DNA from: Carcharhinus amblyrhynchos
Taxonomy: Eukaryota
Assembly (NCBI GenBank): GCA_965287045.1
Contig: OZ336878.1
Location: 69,316,001 to 69,380,000 of the forward strand
DNA length: 64,000 bases
Direction: 5' to 3'
Below the pieces are notes generated by a model. The model was not told the DNA's origin. It searched no databases and saw only the letters and a program-made list of their open reading frames with translations. Positions 1-13,244 of this stretch are shown here, piece by piece. Numbering within the stretch: position 1 is the stretch's first letter; every line of letters begins with the position of its first letter. Position numbers and translations under genes: made by a program.

Positions 1-700
1 GAACAAGGACAAATGCATTTCATGTGAATAATTGGGAATATATGCACTCCAGGAGGAAACAACATGGAGAGGCAGTAAAATCTAAATGGTATTATTTTGC
101 AGGAAGGTGGAGGCAGTGCTGGAGAAGAGAGACTGGGGTACAGATTCGAAGTGGTGAGGAAGGCTAATAGAGTAACTAAAATTGAATGGGATACTTAGTT
201 TTGTAAGTGGGAGCATTGGATGCAAAGACAAGGAAGTCGTGCTAAAGCTTTCAAATTTCTGGTTTGGTCTCGGCTGGAATATTGTATACAATTGTGGGTG
301 CCACAATTTAGGAAAGGATAAAGAGCTTTATACCTGAGAGAGGGACTTGAGTTGTGTGGAGAAATTAGAGAAGATTGATTGATCTCACTATAGTTCATTG
401 AAGATTTAATAATGGCGTTCAAAATTGAGGGGTTTTGTTAGAAGAAGTTGGGGGAAGACTGTTTCCTCTGTTCATCAGATAGTAAATTTAAAATAGCTGG
501 CAAAAGTTTTAGCGAGGAAGTGAATTTGTATTTTCAGGGTTAAGGTCCAGAACACTACCTGAAAGGGTGATGTCATTCCATAGGAACTTTCAAAATTCAG
601 TTGGATGTGTAAATTATAATTTCCAGTGCTTTGGGGGGAAAACACTGAAGTGTGGAACTAAATTGGACAACTCTTTCAAAGACACTGGCACGACAGACTG
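1..700 (+). mobile_element. Degenerate CR1 LINE 3' fragment
   Basis: Decayed ...RxxLEYCxQxWxP... coding remnant (ggctggaatattgtatacaattgtgggtgcc) and CR1-like 3' end; boundaries approximate. Confidence 0.6.
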
Positions 701-2494
701 AATAGGTCTCAGTGCAAAAGATTAATGAATTCTTATCTCACTACTCTTAAATGTATCAATGCTATTTTCCTCACCTGTTCTCTGTGGCAGCAAGTTCCAC
801 TTACTAATTATTATTCTACTACAGATGTTTGCGTGAATATTTGAACGGTTTTATTATTCATTAATAACCATCTTTTATTTATAAACCTTCATTTTGAGCT
901 GCTCCCAATTCCTCATCTCCTAGAATTGGAAACAATGCCACACCTGCCCTTTCAAATATCTTCATAATTTTAGAGGCTAGGAGGTCACCTCAACCTTTTC
1001 TTAGAGAATAATACGAGGACTATTTAGTCCTCATCTTGAAAAGTGCAACAGAATATATTGTCCATCACTACGTAATCTGACCCTTAAAAGTGGTTCACTG
1101 GCTTTGGGAGATACCTTATGGCTTGCATTAAGAAATCATGTAAATTTAAGCATGTTTCTTCATGGATCATGCCTTAAAGTAGGATAGCATATTAAAACGG
1201 AAGAAAATATGGCATCGCTTCCAAAAAAACACTTTACTGTAGTGGCTTGCAGAATGTTGATAAATGCAACATGTAAACCAGCTGCAAGCTAAGTCTGTGT
1301 GTTGGCAATCCTGTTGATGTATTCTGCCATAATTTATTATTTGCATTATTTGAGGTGCTTTGTAAAGCTCACACGTCAGATCTAACCAGACCATCCTGGA
1401 CTATAGTAAATACTGACCTGATCACGGACTTGGTCGTTGAAAACTTGATTAATCCTTCTCGAATGCAATTCTACACCAAAAACATTGTCGGAATTACAAA
1501 TCTACCACTGCCATTGTTGCCTTCACTTCTCATTGAGCGCCCCGAATGAGTGTTATAGTGAAGGCAGCTCTGATAGATTCACGCTATCACAACTGACAGG
1601 AGTTGAGAGTTGAAAAGAGCATGCCATTGTATTTAAAGTTGCATAGAGTGCTGCTTATGGAGAAGGATATGAAAGATAGGGGCTAGAATTCTTCCTTGGG
1701 AAGATCCAAGCTTGGGAGACTTTTGTGGCTGGGATTGGTGGACAGGACTGTCGAGAAAACCCATGGTATCGTTTTTGTTATGTCTGCAATGCCAACGAAT
1801 ATTTGTAGTTCATATCAACTGTAACTCGCCTGTTAATTTATGTTCATTCTGATTCATTACAAAATAAGAGCTACACAAAGTGTTGTTTAGTAATTTCTTG
1901 ATTTAGGCATCATTCAGTAAATTTGGTTCCTTTGGTTTGCGGAGTTCTTTGAGGGCCATAACAAAAAAAATTCCTGCAAATAATGTTTTGTGATACAATG
2001 CATGAAAGCTGCGGCATAACTGGGAGAGATAGTGACCTTGGACCAATGATTCATGAGCCATTCTACCACTATTTCCTCATCGCGTATTTGGATCTTTCTT
2101 ATAACAATTGATGAGACATTGATCTCTGCAATTAATCACCAATTCCATTATTGTAAAATGAAACGAGCAAGATGCTGGAAGATAAACTATATGAACCTCG
2201 GTCTTTTTGTTCTCATTGAGCAGCTCCTCTGCTTTTGAGACAACAAAAGTATTTGTATTTAATCTTTTAGATTGAAACATGAAAATATTGAAAATAATTA
2301 AGTATTAGGGAGACAAAAAAGCAACTTACTTGTATTAAGTTTCTGAAACTGTAGTCATTACAGTAAATTTTGTGTGCAAGGCCTGCAGTATCAGCAAAGT
2401 GTATCACTGCGTTGTCAGTCATGTTTCTATAAATTCACAGCACAGCAATTGCATTTAGAGTGGCATGCTAGTTGGGATCAGATACTGCTTCTGA

Positions 2495-2600
2495 TTGCAA
2501 AAGAGAAAATGCTGGAAAATCTCAGCAGGTCTGGCAGCATCTGTAAGGAGAGAAAAGAGCTGATGTTTCAAGTCCAGATGATCTGTTGTCAGAGCTAAAA
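2495..2600. mobile_element. Penelope-type terminal fragment with decayed hammerhead motif on - strand
   Basis: gaaaatgctggaaaatctcagcaggtctggcagcatctg...; reverse complement of 2558-2596 reads AGCT-CTGACAA-...-GAAACATC-AGCT. Confidence 0.55.
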
Positions 2601-2616
2601 GGCATAGAAAGAGGGA

Positions 2617-2619
<3 letters not shown>

Positions 2620-2686
<67 letters not shown>
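2620..2686. repeat. (GT)n microsatellite followed by a G-run
   Basis: About 33 perfect TG units seen directly. Confidence 0.98.
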
Positions 2687-2689
<3 letters not shown>

Positions 2690-2827
2690 GAGGGGGGGGG
2701 TAAAATTGAGAAAAAGGAGAAGGAAAGGGAGGATAAAATCAGGGGAAAGAGTGGGTGGTAGGGACTGCTTCTGATTGACCCAACATAAAAACATATGTGT
2801 AAGTATGTTTTTTGTTGAACTATACAG

Positions 2828-3057
2828 ATGTTTCTAGCTGGCGAGATGGTGGTGGAAAAACTCTTCCCATTATGCCTGGTGGATCGCTGGACCAAGATGG
2901 TAAGCCTTTAGAAGATGGAGGGACTGCCACACCAGAACAGAATGAAAGCCACAAAGGTCTTGAGAAGTGGGAAAAGGTATCATTATCTCTGACAAAGATA
3001 AATGGACAGCTGATTATTCCACCTGCACCACAATTTAGAGGAATATTGCCACCTTAT
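2828..3057 (+). CDS. PRRC2C: PRRC2C internal coding exon (first in window; upstream exons outside window)
   Basis: tatacag|ATGTTTCT...CCTTAT|gtaagt; encodes VSSWRDGGGK...PQFRGILPPY, matching the PRRC2 family SWRDGGG motif at the end of the BAT2_N region. Confidence 0.93.
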
Positions 3058-3873
3058 GTAAGTAATTCATTGAGTTTTATATAGCACATTTCACATCTTT
3101 TTTACATTCCAAAGTTCTTTATAGCATATTCATTATTTGAATGTGCTTACACTTCCTGTGCCATGTGCAAACCTTAGGGTGTTTCATGTGACCTGGAGGT
3201 GCGTAGGAAGCACCTCAGATTGATCAAACACAAACAAAACAGAGTATCAAGGGTGAGGAACTTCAGTTATGAGGAAAGACTGGAAAAGTTTGGTGACTTG
3301 ATAGAGGTGTTCAATATCCTGAAAGGTTTTGAGAGAGTAAGGAAAAACTGGCTCTGGAAGGAGAAGCTTCAGCAGCAAGGCAATGATTTTTTTAAACACT
3401 TAGCAAATCAATATCTCTTTTGAGACTCTATTCAAATCTGTTACAGACCACGAACATTTTCATTATTTGCCTTCGTTGTTGTCTGAAGCTAACTTGACTT
3501 AGTGTGCGTTTAGATTACTAAGCCCTAAGCTCTGAAATTTCTTCGCTAAACCTCTCCATCCCTGTCCTGCTTTAAGCTAGCCTCTTTGCAAGCTCTTGGG
3601 CACCGCACTGTAATCCTCTCAGTTTTTGTCCATTTGTACTCCTGCGAAGTAGCTTGAAAGATTTTACCAAGTCTTAAGGCACTGTACAAGTGGAACTCAC
3701 CCTTGAAATCACCAGTTAAAGCTGCACAGGTAGCAATTTATAAAGGCAACTGTAAATGAATACCATAAAAACTTGAAATTCTGTGAAACTTTGAATAAAA
3801 TACTAAATTTCCTATCTAATTTATAAATCAAATGAGTCAATCGGTTATGTGTGCTTTTTCCCGCAATTTTCAG

Positions 3874-3935
3874 ATGGCTCACTCACCTAAAATGCAATTT
3901 CCACACCGACTACCATATCCTGCACCAAATATTAA
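3874..3935 (+). CDS. PRRC2C: PRRC2C coding exon
   Basis: ttttcag|ATGGCTCAC...ATTAA|gtaagt; MAHSPKMQFPHRLPYPAPNI; phase 0 to 2 links the flanking exons. Confidence 0.82.
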
Positions 3936-4465
3936 GTAAGTACTATAAATTCTGAAAGTGATTATATACTACAGATTATCCAGATGTCTTCATGCTTCTG
4001 TTGATATACATTTTCACTTACTTTCATAAATCCGTTTTAGGTCAGTTAATTTAGAGAATTGTATTGTCTCTTTGAACATGTCTGAAGTCTAAAACGATGC
4101 TGGAATTGAAGTTATAAAGAATTCTTTTCATTTGTAATGTGTCCTCACAGAAATGATGTACAGTTGAAATTAAGTTTGAATAAGTGTCTGTTTTCAATGA
4201 GCACTATCTTATCCCCAGGCTGCACATAACTGAATACTATATAAGCCTTTATATTAACAGCTTCTTAACTTTTTCTTTTAGTTTGTATTTGAAATAAATT
4301 GTACAGCTTTTGGCTCTTCCCTCTTTCTGCTTTTGAGTTTTCATTTCTGTATTTTACCTTTGTGGTTGAAATCACTCCTAAATGTTATGTCTCCCTAATA
4401 ATTTTTCCAATTAATCCATATTTTCTACTAATTAACTTTCTCCCAATCTCTCCAATACTGGTTAG

Positions 4466-4599
4466 AAACCAAAGTAGTTCCTTAAGGCAACAACATTCAC
4501 AATGGTGTCAAGATCTTCTTGAGCGTCCCTCCATTATTAGAGAAAATGAATTGAAGGAGCTTGATAACCTGGACACGGAAACTGATGATGGCTGGGCAG
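4466..4599 (+). CDS. PRRC2C: PRRC2C coding exon
   Basis: ggttag|AAACC...GCAG|gtaaaa; encodes RPSIIRENELKELDNLDTETDDGWAG (conserved PRRC2 DDGWAG motif). Confidence 0.93.
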
Positions 4600-4680
4600 G
4601 TAAAATGGAAAAATTTTAGAGTTCATTGTTCACCAAAAGCTCAAATAGAGGCATTCAGTTGAACGTTTTGTGCATTTCAG

Positions 4681-4771
4681 GAGCACAGTCAGAGGTGGAT
4701 TATACAGAGAAACTCAATTTTAGTGATGAGGATGAAGGAACATCTACCCAGAAGGAAGACGGTGAAAGCTG
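4681..4771 (+). CDS. PRRC2C: PRRC2C coding exon
   Basis: tttcag|GAGCACAG...AGCTG|gtatgg; AQSEVDYTEKLNFSDED (conserved EVDY.EKL.FSD motif); follows an 81-bp intron. Confidence 0.93.
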
Positions 4772-5989
4772 GTATGGTTTAATTTTTAAGTGATACGTTA
4801 TGCAGTAGTCAAAGCTATAAAATCTGTTTGCTCAACGTTTACTTTCATTACGTTAAAAGTTAGGGCATTTTAAAAAAGAAAATTGTCACCAATTCTTGGT
4901 ATATCTAATGGTGTAGTCATTGACATCCAAAATTTGAATCCCTGACTAATGTTTAATTTTGGCTAGTTCTGCCTCAATTTTCCTAATTTTGAAAGTACTA
5001 GGTTCACAGTAGACCAACCTGTCAGTTAATTGCATTTCAGGCTTGCTTTCAACAATCTTTCTTGTGCAGATATCTTGATGTCTTTCCAAACCTGTGTACT
5101 TTTCTTTTGTTTGTCTCAACACAGTCCAATCCTAACAGTTGATACTAATCAAAGTGTATCACTTACTTGAAATATCAGCTATAATAATAGAATATTGATC
5201 GAGTGTGATAGGTAGTAGTGTTTTCTTGTCCAAATTTGACCTGATTCCGTGAAACTTCAAGGGATCTAGAATCAATCTGAGTCCCTGCTGACTCTCATTC
5301 AGCTTTGGCAAGTTGGTTGCCTGTGGGCTAGAGCATTAATGTTTAAGATGACACCCATTCTCAGCCCCAAAAATCATGTTTTTTACTTGGCAAATAAATT
5401 GATCCTTTCAGCCATAACATGCTATATTCTCATTAGTAATTGGCTTTGATTTTTCACCCCACAAATGGGTGTTTTGACTTGTAATTGGGTGCAAGGGCAA
5501 TACGGGTAGTGTTGCAAAGATGCCTGGGAATTTCAGGCACATCAACAGAGATTGGATCCCGCAAGATCAGCAACAAAAGTGGCGACCATCCATTCCCACA
5601 CTGGCAATTCACTTTCATACTCGGTATATTAATCAACCTCTATTTATCGAAGCTTCAAAGGTCGACTTACAAGCTAAAGTCTATAGATACCCAGGGTTGG
5701 TGATAGCAGAATCTGCAACGATGTCTGCAAGCAATGATTCTGAGTTTGTGAGTATGTCAGACTACGGTGTTACTAGTCTATGGGACAGACTTTTGTTTTG
5801 GAACAAGTCCCCAGATGTTTGTGAAGATGTATGTGGATGTTTATGTTCTGAGAGGAATTTGTAGTAAGAGTTCCCTAGGAGACCATGTTGGGACTCTTGC
5901 TTTTCCAGTGCATTAACGCACTGGATCTTGGCATACAATGCCAAAGTTTTCAAATAATATGAAGCTTGGAAGCATTGTGAACAGTGCAA

Positions 5990-6810
5990 AATAGTGTAGA
6001 ACCTCGGGCAAAAACAAGTTGGTGGAATGGGTGAATAACGCTCAATGTAGAGAAATGTGAAGTGATTCATTTTGCTAGGAAGTATGTTGGGGAGACATTA
6101 TGAAATAAATTGTACAACTCTAATGTGGGTGCACGAACTGAGGGACTTGGGTGTATATGTGCATAAATCTTTGAAGATGGCAGGATGAATTAAGAAAGCA
6201 GATAATAAAGCAGAATATCTTGGACTTAATGAATTGGGACATAGAGTACAAGAGCATGGAGGTTATGTTGAATTTGTATAAGTTATGCATTCAACCTCTG
6301 TATTGCATCTGGCTCTAGGCACTTCACTTTAGAAAGGATGTGATGCATTAGAGAGGGTGTAGAAAAAGTTCACAAGAATGGTTCCAGTGAAGAGGAACTT
6401 CAGTTATGGAGATGGATCGGAGACATTAGGAATGTTTCCCTCGAGTAAAGAAAGCTGAGAGGCAATTTGATAAAAGTATTCAAAATCAAGAGGTGTCTGG
6501 ACAGAGTAGATGGGGAGAAACTGTTCCCACTCACGAAAGAATCAAGAAGACACAGGTTTAAAGTAAATAATAAAAGAAACAAAGTGAAAGGAGAAACCTT
6601 TTTACACAGTGAGTGGTTAGGGTTTGCAATGTATTGACTGGCACTGTAGTGGAGGCAGTTTCAACTGAAGCAATCAAAAAGGGATTTGACAGTTATCTGC
6701 AAAAGGAAGAATATGCAATGTTATGGATGCTAGATGAGTTGCTCATTCGGAGTGCCAATGGAGGCACAATGGGACAAATGAACTTCTGCACCATATCGAT
6801 TCTGTGCTTT
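5990..6810 (+). mobile_element. Degenerate CR1 LINE 3' fragment
   Basis: NVEKCEVIHF and ALERVxKKFTRMVP remnants plus CR1 tail. Confidence 0.75.
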
Positions 6811-8023
6811 TGTGGGGACTTTGCAGGGTCAACTGGACAATGTATCCTTGTTTCTGGTACTTGAGTCAATGCCAGATTGTCTGTCCAATCTTCTGATTTT
6901 TCAGATGCAGTTTGGTACAATCAGGTGCCCTGAGAGGCCACTTCAGTGGGCAGTGGGGCAGCTACTGTGAGGTTGGAGTCACACGTAGGGCAGACCAAAT
7001 TATCTTCTCTGAAGGACGTTAATGAACCTTGTGGATTGTCATGACAATCTGGTGGCGTCGAAGGGTCTAGTTTTTATTTCTGATTTATTTATTAATTGAA
7101 TTTAAATTCTCCCATTGCCTTGGTGGAATTTGAACTGGTATCTCCAGAGCATTTGTATTAAAATCCCAGAAGGGACCAATAACCTAATTAAAAAGATTTT
7201 TCCAGTGACTGATGGAAATCATTGAAGTACAGGATTTTTGCTTTAAGATTTCTAATGTAACAAGCAAACTACAATCAATATATATCAAACATTACTTAAC
7301 AGGCAACTAAGACAACAAACTGAAAACATACTTTTGCATTAACTAACCTAATCCTGTAACCTCTTTTGCAGTGCACTGTTTTTGGAAATGTAGCATTACG
7401 AAAGCAGGTCCAAAGTTATTCCCAGCTTTCCAACAACTGAATTCTCCCTGTTGAAACTTCCAGAGTTGTCTGAAAACCATTCCACTCAGCCCAAGCCTTC
7501 CAAATCTGACTCTGATTGGCATGGCTCATTCCTGTGACTTCCTGTTCCTTAAATCTCCAAACGTTCTGTCAGTTTGGTCCTCTTTTTGACTAGAACACAA
7601 CCCTCATCATTCTGCTTAGTTTTTTACACATAACAATCATCTGCTGTTCACAGCAACAGTTGTTTTGCTTCTTCACACTGCAGTAATTCCATTGTCGCTC
7701 TCGCTCATGTGCTCTCTCTCCCCTGCTCTCGTCTCATAAAACAAGTGTCCCTGGTGTGAGGACTGTTGTCACTTGATATTCCAACAGGTTTCTATTGGAG
7801 TTTCTTTCCATTTGGCAGCCAGATCACGTGGACCTAGCTCGCAACAGAGATCTTTAGTACGGCCATATCCTTATCCAGAACTTTCCATTCACCTCAAATT
7901 CAAGGAGACATTTTAAAGCATAACTTGTCTTGTAAAGTTCAGCATTGAAAAAATTATTTTGGGCCTCTGCAACACTAGTGCAGAATCATTGCCACCAAAC
8001 TACCATTCTCTATTCAACCTTTC

Positions 8024-8676
8024 CATAAGACATAAGAGCAGAATTAGGCCACTCGGCCCATCAGATCTGCACCGCCATTCAATCATGGCTGATATTTTTC
8101 TCATCCCCCATTCTCCTGCCTTTTCCCCATAACCCCTGATCCCCTTATTAACCAAGAACCTATCTCTGTCTTAAAGACACTCAATGACTTGGCCTCCACA
8201 GCCTTCTGTGACAAAGAGTTCCACAGATTCACCACTCTGGCTCAAGAAACTCCTCCTCATCTCTGTTTTAAAGGATCGTCCCTTCAGCCTAATGTTGTGT
8301 CCACTGATTCTAGTTTATCCTACTAGTGGAAGCATCTTCTGTACATCCACTCTATCGCAGTATCCTGTCAGTTTCAATAAGATACCCCCCTCATTCTCCT
8401 GAATGCCAACGAATACAGACACAGAATCGTCAGCCGTTCCTTGCACAACAAGCTCTTCATTCCAGGGATCATTCGTGTGATCCTTCTTTGGACCCTTTCA
8501 AAGGCCAGCACATTCTTCCTTAGATATGGGGCCCAAAACTGTTCACAATACTCCAAATGGGGTCTGAGCGGAGTCTTATACAGCCTCAGGGATACATCCC
8601 TGTTCTTGTTTTCTGGCCCTTTCAACATGAATGCTAATGTTGCATTTGCCTTAATAACTGCTGACTGAACCTGCAC
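8024..8676 (-). mobile_element. CR1 LINE 3' end
   Basis: ORF 8374..8676(-) RPHLEYCEQFWAPYLRKNVLAFERVQRRITRMIPG; (cataaga)n terminal repeat at 8024. Confidence 0.9.
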
Positions 8677-9276
8677 AATAAATTCCCTTTTTAACCTTTT
8701 TAAACTCTTCCTGAATTGACTGAGCTTTTTGTTCTCTTCTGATCCTACTTTGAAGTTGCGAGGGTATATTATCTATAATGTTTAAACCCAGAAGTTATTG
8801 TTGGCAGTATTAGCAGATAACTGAGGATTTTCTTCTACAATTTTAACAAGACTGTTGACAGATGTGTTGAACATTTGTTGCTGATACTGCAAACTGTAAT
8901 TTCAGGGCTTTAATGCAGGCATTTAAGTACCATCTTTGTTAACTTGGATAGCTTAAGCTTCTCTGTTCCATTTTCCCTTTCCAGTTGAAGTCTCTTTCAC
9001 TGCTTTTTTGTGTGTCCTTTGTAAATTGAGAACACATTTTTGTAATGTGAGTCCATCTTGTAATTTTGTGGCCTGTAATTTCTTTAACTTCTGTGAAACT
9101 TTGTCTAAAAGTTTCTGGAAGTCCAAATAAGTTACATCATGAGGAATGGCACTATTTACTTTGTTTATGTAATATCCTTTGAGACTTGTTGATCAAGATT
9201 GTCTCCTTGAGCCCATGCACTATTAATCTATTTGTTGCACAAGTCCCTTCCATTTTAACTGTTATTGATCTCACTT

Positions 9277-10013
9277 GGAAAGGCTAAGTAAATGGGCTTG
9301 AGCATGGCAGATGAAACATAATGTAAGTGTGAAGTTATTCACTCTGGTGGACAAAACAGGCAGAATATTGAATGGTGAGAGGTTGGGAAATGCAAAGGGA
9401 CTTGGGTGTCTTCGTTAATGAGTCACAAAGTTAGCATGCAGGTGCAGTAAGTGGTGTGTTGGCCTTCATCAAAAGGGATTTTGAATATAGGAGTAAATAT
9501 GTTTTGCTGCAGTTGTATAGAGCTTGGTGAAACCTCACCTGGAGTATTCTGTACAGTTTTGGTCCCCTTTCCTAAGAAGGGATACACTTACCACTGAGGG
9601 AATGCAATGCAAATTCACCAGATTAATCCCTGGAATGGTAGAATTATCTTAGCGTAGATCTGACGAGACTAGTTCTGTATTGCCTAGAGTTTTGAAGAAC
9701 GAGGAATGATTTTGTCTGAAAATTCTTAGTGTGACAGGGTGGATGTTGATCAGATGCTTCCCCTAGCTGATGAGTCTGAAGTCAAGGGGCAGGTGATTTA
9801 AGGCTGAGGTGAGTAATTTCTTCACTCAAATTTTTCACCTAGATGGCTGTGAAAGCTCAATTATTGAGTATGTTTAAAACAGAAATTGATAGATTTTGAA
9901 GATTAATTACATCAAAGAAAATGAAACTAGCTCTGGGAAAGTAGTGTTGAGGAAGATGATCAGCCATCAAGCTCAGTGGGCTGAATGGCCTACTCTTGTT
10001 CTATGTTCCTATG
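9277..10013 (+). mobile_element. CR1 LINE 3' end (degenerate)
   Basis: KPHLEYSVQFWSP remnant; ends ggcctactcttgttctatgttcctatg. Confidence 0.85.
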
Positions 10014-10284
10014 TGTGTGAGCTTATAGTTGCCTAGGCTGGTTTTCTTGCTTTAAAAAAATGTACATATGCTAGTGTCTGTTCTGTGGATCCAATGCTTA
10101 TTGCCTGAGATAGTTAGTAACCTTGAATTGTAAATTTACCCCCTTCCCAATCAGGCAGTATCTTGTGTTACCAAAGAGATTTTTTTAGTCTGACATTCTG
10201 TACAAGCTTAAGTAATGTTGCCATTGACTTCAAAATCCTTCATAATACTCGTTGTACTACAGAAATTGAATTGTGGGTTAATAT

Positions 10285-12240
10285 ACTTTTTAAATAGTGG
10301 GGTTACATTACCTGCTCTCCAATCTGTAGGAACTGTTCCAGAATCTATAGAATCCTGGAAGATAACCAATGCATGTGCTATTTCTGGAGCCAGTTCTTTA
10401 AGTACTCTGGGATGTAAATCATGCCCTGGGGATTTTTCATCCTTCAATCTCATCCATTTCCCCGACACAATTTCTCTACTAATACTGGTTCCCTTCAGTT
10501 TCTTGCTCTCACTAAACTGTGTTCCCAAACATTCCTCTTATTTATGTCCCTCTTTGTGACGACAGAACTGTATGCATTTAGTTGGTCAGCTATTTCTTTT
10601 GTTTCCCGAATTCCCCTGTTTCTGACAGTAAGGTTCCTACATTTGTCTTCAGCAATCTTTTCCTCTTCACATGTCTATATAAACTTTTACTTGATCAATT
10701 CCTTCGTTCTCCTTTGAATTCTAATCCTCAGGCCTTGTTTTTTTCTGACCAATTTGTATGTCCCTTGAAGCTAATACTATTTAATTCCTCTTGGAAGCCA
10801 TGGTTTGGTCACTTTTCCCATTTTACTTTTGCACCAGGCAGGAATAAACAATTGTTGCAATTCACCCATGCGGTCTTTGAATGTTTGCCGTTACCTATCC
10901 ATCATCATCCATTTAAATAACGTTTCCCAATCCATCATAGCCAACTTAATGCCTCATTCCATGGTAGTCTCCTTTATTAAGACTCAGGACCCTAGTCTGT
11001 ATGTCCACTATGTCACGCTCCATCTTGATGAAGAACTCTATCATATCAAGGTGGCTCATCCCCAAACAACCAGATCGCCAATTTTTCCTTTTTCATTACA
11101 TAATACCTAGTCTGGGATGGCTGTCTTCCAGTTGTTTCTTCAACATATTGGTCCAAGAAAACCACCCTGCATACACTCCAGGAATTCCTCCTCTATGGTA
11201 CTGTGACAAATTTGATTTGCTCAATCTATATGCCATCCATAATTACAGATGTTCCTTTATTGTCTGCATTTTTAATTTCCTGTTTAATTCCATCCCCAAC
11301 ATCACCACTACAGTTTGAGGTCTATGTACAACCCTCACTAACCTTTTGTCCTTGTGTTTCGCAGTTCTACCCAGACACATTCTACATTGTCGGAGCTAAC
11401 ATCTTTCCTCGCTGTTGTTGACTTCCTCTTTAACCAGCAATGCAACTGCACCATTTTTTCCTTTTTCTGTCCTTCCTAAATACTGAATACCTGGTTGTTC
11501 ATTTCCCATCCCTGGTCACACGACAGCCATGTCTCCTTAATCCCAACTATATCATACTTATTCACATCTATTTGCGCAATTAGTTGATCTACTTTATTGT
11601 GAATGCAACATGCTTTAAGGCACAAATCCTTAAGACTTGTCTCTTCAACATTATTTGTCCAGTTTCCACTCATTTTCACGTGGCCCTGTTTGATTCTGGG
11701 CCTTGATTTCTCTGCCTGTCACTTTTCTTATTCCTCTTTATTTTTGTTTTTGTCCTCAATTCCCCTTCCGCTGACCTTTTGCACAGGATTCCCCCCCCAC
11801 CTCTGTCCTGACTGACGCCCTTAAAATACTCCTTTACAGACATCAGTCCTGGCCCTGCCCAGTTGTAACCCCACCACTTTGTACTGGTCCCAATGTCCCA
11901 CAAGTATACAATCTCTCTCTCACACACTCACTCACTTGCTCGCTCGCCCTTCAGGTATCTGATATATCGTGCTATTCTACTCTGACTAGCATGTGACACT
12001 GATGGTAATCCTGAGATCACTGTATTTTTCAACTTACTGCCGAACTTCCTATATTCTGCTTTTAGGACCTCATCCTTTTTTATTTATGTCATTTGCACCA
12101 ATATATACCACGACCACTGGCTGTTCACCATCCCCTCCAGAATGTCCTGTAACTACTTTTGAGGCATCGAGCTGAGCACCGGAGAGGCAAGATACCATCC
12201 TGAAGGAATCCATTTCCTGTGCAGTTGAATTCCCTATAAC
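10285..12240 (-). mobile_element. CR1 LINE fragment (endonuclease to start of RT, internally deleted)
   Basis: ORF 11476..11679(-) NKVDQLIAQIDVNKYDIVGIKETWL (APE endonuclease N-terminus); ORF 10208..10528(-) KSPGHDLHPRVLKELA...VPTDWRAGNVTPLFKK. Confidence 0.85.
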
Positions 12241-12698
12241 TCTATTACATTGCCATACTTCACATCCCTAGTTCGTGTAAGATGTTAATTTGTCTCATAT
12301 TAATCATATCTTTTGCTAAACTCAAACTTGATTTGCATTTTTGGCATTTCTTACCCCACATTTCTCATCCGTTTTCTTCTCCCAGCCAGTTAATCTGGGT
12401 TGGCCCTCATTTATTCCACAAAAATTGGCTAATGTTCGGTTCTGCATTTCATCTTGGAATGATTTTTTCCTTTAGTTTCAATGAAGCGTGTTACAGTGAG
12501 CTTCATTTGGGTAAATTCCTTTACATTCAAAGTTTATCTTAGTTTAAAATCAAAAAGAAGTTACCAATATTTGGAATTGTAACTGACATACCATTGGAGG
12601 GGAAAGTTTGGATGTGAAATAGTCACATTGACTTTTGTTGGGATGCCATGTTTTGAAGATTGCTGAAATTCACTTCTCGTTTCCTTTGGTGGTGACAG

Positions 12699-12882
12699 TG
12701 ATGAGCAAACCAACAAAGCTGAGCGCCTTGGGTCAAAAACTTCAGAGAGTTCTGACGGCCAAAAAGAAATCAATGAGTGTCCCAGCAATAAAGGTTCATC
12801 AGATGAGAGTGCAACATTGCAAGCAGCGCCGCAGTCACCGAACAAGAGCTCTTTGACCAGAGGCCTACACACTGACCGTCAG
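12699..12882 (+). CDS. PRRC2C: PRRC2C coding exon
   Basis: gacag|TGATGAG...CGTCAG|gtagac; open frame DEQTNKAERLGSKTSESS...; phase 2 to 0 fits the chain. Confidence 0.8.
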
Positions 12883-13244
12883 GTAGACCCTGTTTTGATC
12901 TCAATGTGACACTGTTAACAATAGAGCACTCTATAGAATGAAAAATATGAATTTCAGAGAGCCTTTCACAACTTCATGACATCCTTACAGCCAAGAAGAT
13001 TTCATTGTTGAAGTAACTGTCAGTTGTTCTTGACTTGTAAAGTTTCTCTTTCATTGTGTTCCCTTGTATTTACACTTTCCTGATTACATAAAATAAATTT
13101 GAAAAATCGTGTTAAATGTGAAAAATGCTGAACTACTAATGGTTAATGATAGGTTGTTTCTCCACATAAAATTGGACTGATTAATTTTGACTTCACTGCT
13201 TTATTTTGTAAATCTCCCAGCACACTTCATTTTTTTATATTTCC

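Noticed and set aside
2455-2895. HTHTHT and CVCVCV ORFs
   Set aside because: Translations of the (GT)n microsatellite
7160-8020. Possible solo LTR or unknown repeat
   Set aside because: No clear TG...CA ends with TSD and no second copy in the window
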